Positions 47,301-58,800 of a stretch of 64,000 bases of DNA are shown here, in pieces. The translations under genes were made by a program, and so were the position numbers. A model generated the notes under the pieces. The model saw only the letters and a list, made by a program, of their open reading frames with translations, ran no database searches and had not been told where the DNA came from. Within the stretch, counting starts at the first letter, position 1, and each line of letters opens with the position of its first letter. Source of the stretch: Dimorphilus gyrociliatus (lineage: Eukaryota > Animalia > Annelida); contig CAJFCJ010000048.1 of NCBI GenBank assembly GCA_904063045.1, forward strand, positions 22,194-86,193, written 5' to 3'.

Positions 47301-50300
47301 ATCAACAATGCATCCCCAGAGGGGTAGTATGTAATTCTGTAAATAACTGTTTTGATGGATCAGATGAAAAGAACTGCACGAAAGCAGGTTGATTTGACTA
47401 TTTTAGGGTTAACATAGCCCGGATGAGACTGAATTTATATGCATCATTTATGCTGAGACCTTCTTCCTAGCTTCTAACCATCATATCCTATCCATGAAGC
47501 TCTCTCTCTCTCTCTCTCTAGCTCTTTTTTCCTTCCAGCTATGACTTTCTCCATTTTATCCTAAATGCATGACACAAACTTTTAATTTGCACCTTTCTAC
47601 TCGGCTAAGTAGATATGACCTTCCCTTTTATTGGCTGTAGGATCTTTTGCTATAAAATATAGGGTACCGGAAGTATCTCCCTTACAAGGAGATTTCTTTT
47701 GTGTCGTTGCATCTCAATTCAGCCGCATCCCAAAATATTTATCTACAGATGTTTATGATTGCGCTTATTTAGGCAGTTATAGCTTTCTCTGCAATAGTGG
47801 ATATCTGATTAGCAAAGCTGATGTTATGGATTTTAAAGTAGACTGTTTAACGTCTGAAGATGAAAATATAAAATTTTCCTTAAGGTAACTTCCTGAATTT
47901 TTTTCTGAACAAGAACATGAAAATAATTTCAAAAACAGAAGAAGCTACAACACACTCTGGAGAGCGTCAAAGTGTAATCACCATTATAAAAACAGAGATT
48001 CAAACACATTGTTCCTACAGTCAAATCTCTATCGTTAGTGCTTTAAACAACCAATTTTCTTGAATTTTCCCATAAGTTTATTAACGAAACTTGTAATTAA
48101 AGATATTTATGAATACTACGCTTTCAAACATAAAGCAGGTAAGTTGGATATAATACTCCCAAGATGGGATATTTAATGGAGATTTCAACGTTCGATTAGA
48201 CATCTTCAACAATTGTAGATTCGTCTATAACACACTTTATCTTAGGCAAACAAAAACTAATCCTCCCTGGAACCATTTAAATGGCTGTAAATACTATGAA
48301 AAGTGTGAAAAAACTGATTATAGGTGCGCAGGAAATGGATATTGCATTGAGGTAAAAAGAGTATGTAATGGAATATATGATTGTCTCCTGAAAGATGATG
48401 AAATTGGTTGCGGTTTGTATTTCGTCATCATCAATATCACTGTCATAATGCTTACCATTCGCTATTTCAGAATCTTACGCTCCAAAAGGATTCTTCAAGT
48501 GTAGAAAAAGTCATATCTTCCTCTCAGTGGCTGATGTTTGTTCTTTGAACTCGGCTGACAAATGCACACAGGATTTTATCACATGTCCCACAAGCCAGTG
48601 TCCAGAAGGAGATGACAAACATACTAGATTATGTTTCAGAACAGTTTTCTGCCCGACCGGATGCTCTTGTTTTTCACCCTATGACATTAACTGTAGCATA
48701 AGTATTAACAAAACAAAAGATCATGACCTAGTTATTAATGGTCTAGAATTGAATTCAATGGCACAATCTATCCGTATGGTACTAAACTATTTCTATGAAG
48801 AGACTCCAATTTATCTATTCAAACTGATAATAAAAAATTCGAATTTCTCCCTTTTTCATGATCTAAATAATTATTTAAATTTGAAAATTTTACTTGTAGA
48901 AAATTGCAATAAAAACTCTTTGGAATTGAATGAAACAACATTTTCTAGCTTGATAAATCTTTACTATTTGAATTTGACAAACAATAACATTGTTGGTGTG
49001 GCTCATAATACTTTTGAAAAGAATAAGGACTTGGAAATCATTGACCTTTCCTACAGTAAAATTAGTGTACTTTATAATCAAACATTCCGTTCCCTCGGTA
49101 AACTTCGAGAATTGCGAATTGAACATTCAATCATAAATGAACTTGAAAATTCAATATTTAACAATCTTAATAAATTGATAAAAATATCTTTAAAGCAAAC
49201 TACTCTATCAACTATCTATAGTATTAGATTAGATATCTTTAAATATACTCACAAGCTAGAGATATTACACAGCAAATATAATATTTTATGTTGTTTTGCT
49301 GAAAAATACAAAAAGTTGAAAGAATGCAAACCGGAAATGACAATTTATTTTTCATGTGGGGAATTAATTAATTCAAATTTCTTAAAGAAAATTGCTTACA
49401 TTATCATCGTAATTGGTTTTTTTGGCAATATATCTTCATTCTTTTTTAAATTAAAGAATATAAAAAGACCAACAAATCTTCTCAACTTAAGCTCAACATT
49501 GGCAGACTTTGCATTTATAGTATATATCTGTGTTATCACTATACAGGATGCTGTCTATAAAGACAATTACTTAGAGTATGATTGGAAATGGAGACATAGT
49601 AAAATGTGTAAAATTTTAGGAATAATCAGCAGCTCTTCCTGTTTAATATCTTCATATAGTCTAGTAATTTTAACATTTGAAAAACTTGCAGCTGTTAAAC
49701 AACTTACAGCATTCCTCAATTTGTCCTATACCGCTGTTCTAAGCATTATGGCATGTGTTGTAGTCGTATCGCTATCATTATCTATCTTCCCAATTGTTTA
49801 CTACGAGGTTTTTCATAACACTTATCTTACAATTCTTTTTATTTATTCAACAATCCATCCATTTATGAATTCTTTCAGAATTTTGCTACAAGATATCCAT
49901 TATGCTTTTCTCTGCATCTGACAAATGAGAAGAAGACTGGATGGGTCTACTCTCTTTTCTTCTTTTCCATCTCACCAATCATCTCAGTTATAGTAGTATT
50001 TTACTTGTATATGAAAATAATCAAGGAGGTGATAGTATCAAAAAACGTTTTAACAAGAGAGCAGCTAATTACAAGAATGGCTAATTTACTATTTGTTGCA
50101 TTCTTAACTGTCATTACTTTTATAATCACATGGGTACCTGTTCTATTTATGAGTATTTTGGCATCATTTCAGAAAAGTCCACTGACAAATGAAACTTACA
50201 TATGGATATTTCTCTTTGTGTTACCTGTAAATTCAGCTTTAAATCCTTGTATTTTTAATGTCTTTGAATTGAAAGGATTAGTTAGGAAGAGACAACGAAT

Positions 50301-50867
50301 CAAAGAGTATTCCCCCTTTTTCTCTTTTATCTTATGCAATTCAATGATATTAGTTTTCATAAAATAGGAATACCTTTCAAAATACTCTGAAAAGTCAATA
50401 CCTCAGCAAAGGTATGTTTTTAGTCTATTACCATTTTCCAAACTGTAATCTGCAAACTGTTACAAGTTAAAGAGTTTTTCATTAATTCTGAAAAGAATGG
50501 AATCATATTTGAAAATTCTCATATCAAATATGACTATGTAAATTTTGATGGAAATGATTGCAAAGTGCTGTTTGAACTTTATCAATTTTTATCAAGGATA
50601 ATTAATATTCTAATCCATATGAATAGCATTCAAATGCATTTAAAAGACATCAAGCAGAAGGCTTTTGTTTATAATGTAACTATTAACTTTCTGCTTATTC
50701 AATCATTTATATTATTGATTCACTAGAGAGACAGGAATGACCACATAACTTATTATCTGTTAATTCATAAAGCAACTGTAGTTTTGGATATGGAAGAAGA
50801 CATTGAAAAGGAAAATATGGACAGTCTGATTCAATATGTTGGAAAACGTCTTCAATGCTTTTATTGA
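44314..50867 (+). CDS. LGR/GRL101-like receptor paralog B with a canonical RXFP-type 7TM and kinase-like tail (multi-exon)
   Basis: Signal-like [12 protein letters not shown]; SRCR GELQI...LICKHFHF; CTL NSCYY...AEQWC; LDLa repeats; LRRs; LADF...[11 protein letters not shown]...TFEK and [10 protein letters not shown]. Tail exons at 50368-50411, 50467-50675 and 50727-50867. Confidence 0.85.
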
Positions 50868-51229
50868 TTGCAATAAAAACTTTCATTTTAGATTCAAAAA
50901 TCTATTACAAACTTTTTAAAGTTGTTAGTTTCATTTAATAGGGTTTAGGTTAGGATTGACAAACCATCGATATAATTTAATGTATAGAACAAAGATTTCA
51001 ACAGTCTTCTTTATTATAGAATATTGATCTATCAGAGAATAATCAATGTAGGCAAAACAACAAGAAATGTAAGACACTCTCAATAATTGAGAGTCTAATA
51101 ACTCCAATGTGGAAACCAAGAGTAAATAAAAGGAAAGAGATGAAATTCTTTAGATAAATGAAAGTAGAACTCTTATCTAGAATGTCAAATATATCTAAGG
51201 AGGCATTCAAAATGAATACTGGACAAAGC

Positions 51230-51895
51230 ATCCCCTGGTCTAAATATCCCCTGGACAAACTTTCCTTGGACATACAGTAGCATAGTTGAAAATGTCTTTA
51301 GATTATTTGTGATTATGAAATATATTTTTCACATATACAAAATGTATTTTTAAAAAAAAAATTAAATGCAAAATCTACTTAATAAGATATACGAAAAAGA
51401 ATAGAAGGATAATTAAAGTAAAGTTAAAAGCAGCAAAATATATTAGATATGTTATCCAATAGTTGTAAAGCTGTTGTTGAAGCAATATTAAGTTCATCCC
51501 AATATTTGAAAATATCACTTTGATTGTTTTATAACATTTGTTTTGCAGCCTACAGACTTTTCCATCACTCAAAAGTTTCTTGTAGAGATTAAACAAATCT
51601 GACTCTCTTTTTAACTCATCTGTTAATAAGTAGAAGGTGCCTTTTGCAGATAAATTTTTGTTCAACCTATTGTGCCAACCTTCCAAGTCATTGTTAGTCC
51701 TCATTGTTTTCTGTAAACTGACCAAATACTGGGAACAAATAAATCTCTAGAAATCCACTGCTTGTCCATGTAGTCAATTAGGTTGTTTAGAATTTTTTTC
51801 TCAGACTTTGTGTTACTCAGAATATAAAAGGTTGCAGGGATGACATCAGTTTTTAGGAATGGCAGTGGCAGTAGTGTCTTCATTATCATTATCAA
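51230..51895 (-). mobile_element. MULE 3' relic: transposase C-terminus plus subterminal atcccctgga repeats
   Basis: DYMDKQWI...SIWSVY/RTNNDLEGWHNRLN...FYLLTDELKRES, with repeats at 51230-51270. Confidence 0.8.
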
Positions 51896-52168
51896 TCATT
51901 TGTAGCAATACTCCAATGATAATTAACAAGATTATTCAATACTTGACTGTTTCTCAGGATTACTCTTAAAATCAACCGAGTTAATCTTGTTTAAATTTGT
52001 GAATAACTCTTCAGTTTTTCGACAAATATTTAGGGCAACTGTAATTTGATGGCTGTTAAAAGTAAAAGTCTTAATAGAGGAAAATTTTTGTGGGACTGGT
52101 ATGCAGGGAAGATAATAATATAAATAGACCAATCTTTAAACATATATTTTAATAGAAGAGATATTAGA

Positions 52169-52519
52169 ATGGATGTCAATGCTAATTCAGTACACCTAAA
52201 TTTTCCAAAGATTGGCAAGAAACATGAGAAAAACAGCTTTTTTATAAAGAAATCAAGAAATTCTATGACTGGTGTATATTTGGATATTTTTTTAAACACT
52301 CTAAATTCTTATGAATTGGCTGATGGAGTCCTGGGCGAAGCTGTTAAGAAATCGTATCAATTCTTTCAACCAATTCAAAGTTTAAAGGCATCAGTAAAAA
52401 TAAATGATCAAATTTATCCAAGTAAAGTTATTGACAGAGCTGGAGTCAAATGTTGGTTGATTAGTGTCACTGACATTCTATATCCTAAAACACTTAATCA
52501 ATTTATTTCATATAATTAA
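52169..52519 (+). other. Unassigned 116-aa ORF
   Basis: ATG-initiated open frame with protein-like composition; no recognised motif. Confidence 0.25.
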
Positions 52520-52999
52520 CTAACAATAAAGGATTCTTTTCCATTTTTCAAAATACTTAGGAACTAATCCTAATTAAATAGAATATAAATGGTAATTGAA
52601 CTAAAACTTTATTTTGTGATCATGTTTACAACTTTTCCTTTGTTCCTAACCCTACTTTTTTTCTTATGAACATTCAAATTTGTCAGCTGTCTTAAAAGAG
52701 AATATAGTGAAAACCTTACAAAATCAAAACCCTAGATCAATTCTCTAACATTTTGCTTGTTTAAATTTGCTGGTTTTTGAATATGGCTCAAAAGAGCCTT
52801 ACATGTAATTAATATCTCGACCCAAGGACAAATAGAACTAATGGAAGAAGAAGAAAAAGGAGCTTTTTTGGACAATTCATAAAACACTCTATCTGATTAG
52901 ATAAATCCTATAATAGTTTATAGTGAACAAAAGATATATAATATTTATTGTACAACAAGTAGAATAATGACATTTTGAAAAGAATGTTAATTTGAAAAA

Positions 53000-54000
53000 G
53001 TTACTGCATTCAATTCCGAAAAATGCTTAAAGGAGTGTGAGTGTCTTTTATATATTTTTATACTTTAATTGCTCTATTTACAGTGAACTCAAAAATGGTC
53101 AAATAACAACTCTGTGTCATTGCACTCCATTTCAATACCTTTTTTCTGTTATATTGCTCACAATACAAAATTGCAGAAAAGATCCCATACAGATACACAC
53201 ATTTATTATTCCATCAATTCTTGTATAAACAACTAGAATTAGTATTGAGACGTGCTGATAGAATTCTCTATCAGGGTTAGGGTTTTAACCAAAGCTTCAG
53301 TAGTGGCTTTGAAAAAGAAATGGGAATATTTTGACATATAGATATCTATATATGAAAATGCAAAACAGATATAATGGATATAGGCCAACACTTCTACTGT
53401 CCTAGTTTTGGACAATTGCCATAGAAAAAGTCCATTGATTGCCAAACCTCTCAGAAAGAGTATAGCGTAACTATTCCTAAAAAATTCTACCAGACAAATA
53501 ATCTCAAAATATAATCTCCAAGTGTTCATTTGGCACATACATATATTCCTTTGTACCTCCTTCAGACTCTGTTTATGATCATTTACTGGGCCACTCATAT
53601 TATATATGTCTCCTTAAAGTTCACTGGGAGGTTGTCATGAATATGGTCAGTGAAAGGAGAGATTTTCTGGGTTTTTGGCACATATCTTTTAAACCTTATT
53701 AACATGTAAAACTGTTATACCTCCACCATTTGTCTTGTCTATTGCTTCTTCAATTATAACTTTATTCATCCCATCCTCATATAAATTTCTTTCTACAATT
53801 ACTCACCATTCAATATTTTGGACTATGAGAAGGCAATTTGGAAAAGTATAAGGGATATCTGGCCAGATGTTATGAAGAACATCTATATGTTCTTTCCATT
53901 GGTAACAATCTATATTTAGGAAAAATATTTAGGCTGAGTTAATTTCTGTATATGAAAATTTATTGAGTGAGAGGAAAATATAGCAAATTCAAAGAAAAGT
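53000..54000 (+). mobile_element. Decayed MULE transposase (core plus C-terminal pieces)
   Basis: DYEKAIWKSIRDIWPDV...CSFHW*QSIFRK matches the D-x-E...P...C-x-FH MULE core, followed directly by AELISVYENLLSERK. Confidence 0.7.
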
Positions 54001-54334
54001 CTACACAAAAATTCCAAAAGAGCTTTTATCTGGAAAGGTTTTCATTTGGAAAATATTTGCCTTTTTGTTAACATAACAGCAAGTCAACTTGTTGAGATGT
54101 GTTCTGCCTAAAATATATCTAGGTGAAGATGTAGTTGAAATTATCTCGAAATACAACAACCTTCGAACAACTTTCCAGATGTCTTGGACTTGCTGATCTT
54201 AAGTGTTTATAGTTGGTGTTAGATCTAATCAGTCTGAACCACTATACCACAGTGGCGGAGTGGTTCTGGAGCAATAGAGCTTTAAAGTTGATGGTGGTAG
54301 ATCAAATTGGCTGTTGCAGCCTTTGACTCTGTAA

Positions 54335-55027
54335 AAAGAATTACATTGTTCTGTTGTGGAATAAATAAGCAGCATTGTGGTTGGTTGTATTAAGAATCTT
54401 TTAATGAACTGTTCAAATATTCAAGTTATAGATTTGAGAAATAATGAAGAGATTGAAAGTGGTTTATTGGAAATATGTGAAGGACTGCAAAATTCACAAA
54501 ATGAATTAAAAGAAATTTATTTTGATAAATGTGGTTTCCCTTACAGAATAGATATGGCTTTTGCTATTGGAGAGCTTTTTAAAAATTTCCACCATCTGGA
54601 AATAGTTGATCTCAGCAGAAATAAGTATCTTCGAATTGGTGTATCGAAGATATGTGAAGGACTTGAAAGTTCGTTAAAGACATTACAAATACTTAATATT
54701 ACACAGTGCTCATTGTATAAAAGAGATTGTCATTGTATAGGAAATCTTCTAAGGAAATGTCTTCGAATTCAAAGATTTTCTTTTGAATTGAGACCTCAGC
54801 TTTTTGAGGGACTTTTAGTGATAATTGATAACATTGAAAATTCACCCTACCATTTAAAACAAATTAACATCACTTTCAGACCATATCATTTAGAAAAAAC
54901 TCAAATGGCTGTTGTCAGTAAAATTTTGGTAAATAGTTCAAAGATCGATAAAATAGATTTACCTATAAATATTAAAAATTATTTAATTGAAATTGGAGGA
55001 CAACAGCTCAAAGAAAAATTAATCTGA
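54335..55027 (+). pseudogene. 5'-truncated RNI-like LRR family member
   Basis: NCSNIQVIDLRNN...GLLEICEGLQNS repeats of the 15259 family, with a frameshift near 54390 and no N-terminal module. Confidence 0.75.
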
Positions 55028-55383
55028 TATTAAACAAAATTTTCACAGTCTTCTTTTTTACAATTTTAAGGTTTCCTATTAAAAATGAATGGATGGTACA
55101 GAAAATGTCCACAAATGAAACGTTTTTACCTTAACCCTAACACTTTAAATTTAAAAGGTTTATTTTGAAATAAACACTTTAGACAAACAATAATCTGAAA
55201 GTTCAAAAGTTTTTTCCAAAAGTTGACTTACAAGGAACAAGGATGTTCTTTTCATTTTAAGCAAAAAAAACCCCTACTATTAAAAAGAAAACACATTTCA
55301 TTTATTCATCTAGAAGTAATGAAATGTTCAAAAGACTTTGGGTGATTGTTTAGATGACTGCTCAGAAGGCTGCTAGTTAAGAT

Positions 55384-55590
55384 GGGGCCGACAGAAAACG
55401 TCCCCAAATGAGATTTTTGAAAGCAACATTTCGGATTGAAAAATTGTTAGGAGGGGTAAAGTAGCTTTTGATTTATAGTTAGGGGGGTTCCATCTAAGGG
55501 TTAAGAGCAATCAAAAAGGTTAAGGAGAGACAAGGGCTAGGTTAGGGTTAGGGTTAAATCATGAATTTGGGGACGTTTTCTGTCGTATCC
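55384..55590 (+). mobile_element. Full 207-bp TTAGGG MITE with a perfect 9-bp TSD
   Basis: TSD AGTTAAGAT at 55375-83 and 55591-99. TIR core GACAGAAAACGTCCCCAAAT is perfectly inverted. Confidence 0.92.
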
Positions 55591-55874
55591 AGTTAAGATA
55601 AGACTTGAACAAGACACTGAGATTCAAATTCTGATAAAAGTTGAAAAACTAATTTTTGACTTGGTAAGTGATTTACAAGGATCAATACAATTGTGACATG
55701 CCAGAAATTCCTACAATTACAATACAACAAAGTGAAAAGATTCCAACTAGACAAAAATGCAGTTTTGTGAACAGACCCAAACCAATAAACCTACAAACCT
55801 AACCCTCTAACATGAACTCAAAGAAATGGAATTTGAATAAAGATTAGATTCGCTATGGATTAAAAGATGTTTGT

Positions 55875-58800
55875 TTATTGAAATTTATTCAACTGATAGC
55901 GTTGCAACAATTTTCTTAGAAATAGGCCAATTGATTCAATATCCTTAATAGGAGAATCATCAACTTTACAACTGGCTACCATTAAAATGATTGTATAGAA
56001 CTCTTGAAATGTACTTTTATCCTGAAAAATGAAAGAAATTTAATTCAGAATTTTGCTCCTATCCTATCCACGCCATCTTTACCATATCGAGTAGTTGATT
56101 ATAGTTGAATTGCCCATTGTAAAATATACAACATTTATGAGTTATAGAAATAAATTGTACAATTGTTTGAAAAATATCAAGGATATGTTGAGGACGCGTG
56201 ATTTTTCTTGGCATAATCCTTGAATTTTTCTTGAAGCTTTTTAGTTCTTTTGAAAGAGTTAGCACTAAAGAAAAAAAAAGGAATAATTCTTTCCACTTTG
56301 TTTTGTTTTTGTTAATATTTACATTTTTCATTAGTTCTTGTTACCATAGCAATTTTTAGTTGTTTTCTGCAAAACATCATATACATATACATGTACAAGA
56401 GGAGGGAGAAGGGCAGTTGAAAACAAGATACCTCTCTCTATTTCTCTTTTCCTCCATCATTTCTTTTATTTGAGTGAAATCCTTGAATAAATAAACTATA
56501 CTGACTTTTATAGAATTTATTGGTAGTGCATATATTAACACAATATGATGAATGGATTCCTTTAACAAAATCTTTTCAAATATAGAAAGTAAATCTAGGA
56601 GGAAAGAAGGAAGGAAAGGATAAGAATTGCTTTCATGTGATTGCTTTGTCTACCCTACAAACCTAAAATTGTTATTAACAACCAAAATAAAAGGGAGCTA
56701 ACTAATGAAAGTTGTTGATACTGTAAAACAGTCCGGTTAAAAGTACATTGAAATCTCCTCTTTAGAGGAAGAATAATTGCGGGTATTGAATATAGAACTG
56801 GTAATAATATTTCGTAGATTACAAGCGAAAATATCCATCCTTGCGGTTTTATTTTTGTTAGATGGAGAGGTATACAAGTTGGGTTGTTTTTGTAGATATT
56901 CTATTAATATTAATGGCTTTAAAAAAGGATAAAAAACTCTACTGCAACAATTTTACTGTATTAAAGGCTAAAGGTGTTAGTATTGTTGTGAAACATACAA
57001 GATATGCTAAAATAAAAATGGTTGTTTGTTTTCTTGACAAACAACCTTGGGGAAAAATTATCATAAATGACTCTATTACCATTGTACCAAGGATTGAAAA
57101 GCTCAGAAATATGCCAGACAATTTGCAGAATATACCATTCCTCCAAACACTTTCATTTTCAAAATAATCATTCTTGTAATAAAATCCACCAGAGCATATA
57201 ATTATTAATGAAATAGTGAGAAAAATCTGACAAACATAGGCTAATATTTCAATACAAATACGTTGATAATTTCTCTTATGGTGAATAATATTTAAAGAAA
57301 TTCCAAGTAGATTTATAAATAGAATAACTATTGTAAAAGCTAGAATCCAATATTGTTCAAGTTCCGTTTGTAGGATACTTAAACAGGTTTTTGTTGAATT
57401 TTTCTTAATTGCACCACTCAAAACGCATTGCGAAGTTCTAATATACTTTTCCATAGAGCAACAAAGGAAAAATTGATTAGTATTTAATATTTTTAAATAT
57501 TGAAAATTCTTTAAAAAGTCATGTGTTAAGCCAGGTTTTGCTTGAACAGATTGAATTATTAATTCTTGTACAACAACTAGTTTTGAAGGTGTTTCTGGTA
57601 GAATTTTTGACATTTCTACCCAAATTAACACTAAAACTTTTAATTTTGTCAATTTTGAAATACCCTTCAAGTTCAGTGATGACAATTTATTAAAGGATAA
57701 ATCTAGATAGAAGATTGAAGAATATCCAAATTTGATGGAACTGAATTCTTTAAAAGAATTCTTTCTACAATAGAATTTTTGTAATTTTAATAGAGATCCA
57801 ACAGAGTTCTTGTCCAAAAACTTTTCATTTGTATCACTGATATCCAAAATCACTAAATTTGGAAATTTTTGAAGTATTTTAGACAGTTTTACACTGCTCA
57901 GTGTACAATTTAAATAGACAAGATGGTAATTTGAAATTTTATCTAGTAGATTTGAAAAAGTTTCATTGACATTTATAAGGTTAAACTTTTTCACAATTAA
58001 TCCTTGAATATCATCACCATCTTCATCATTGTTATCATTGATATTCAATTGAATAGGATATTGTAAATTTATAAAATTACAATTGATTTCGAATGTAATA
58101 TTACATAAACATTTCAAAGGACACTTGAATGTATTACAGTAAAGTTCATCACTGCCATCATGACAATCAATAATATTATTACAAACTTGTTCCCTACTTA
58201 GAATTATTCCGTCTCTACAGGAGAAATATCCTTTGGGTTGGATTTTATCTGTATTTTATTCTTTGGTCATTAAAAAAGAATGGAAGGGGGAAAGTAACAA
58301 AATAAAAATCCATCATCACTTCTTACCAATGGTGCAGAAATCTTCATCGTCACCGTAATCGCAATGTTTCTCTCCGTCGCAGACATTTTTCATAGGAATA
58401 CAAAAATTCACTCCGTAACATTGGTATTCTCCAATATTACAGTGTGTTGTATAACAGAAGAATAGATCTTGGAATGGATAGTGAACCTTCGTTAATAGGT
58501 CACCAATGGAATTGTATCTTAAATGGCACTTTTTGTCATATTTTGACGCCTGAACATCGAAATACTTGGCAAATATTTGGCATGATTTCTAGGAAGATAG
58601 ATGGATGGAACTGAAAGTCTATAGAAAGGACGGGAGAGAACATTCAACTTACATAGGTTGAAAATTTCTTAAAGACCAAAATATAACCAGGGTATCGTTT
58701 ACATATTGAATACTTTTCATCTTCAAATCCTTGACAATCGGGCCTTAAATCGCACTGATATTCCATACCTACACATTTTCTATCGCAAAATATCTCGTTA

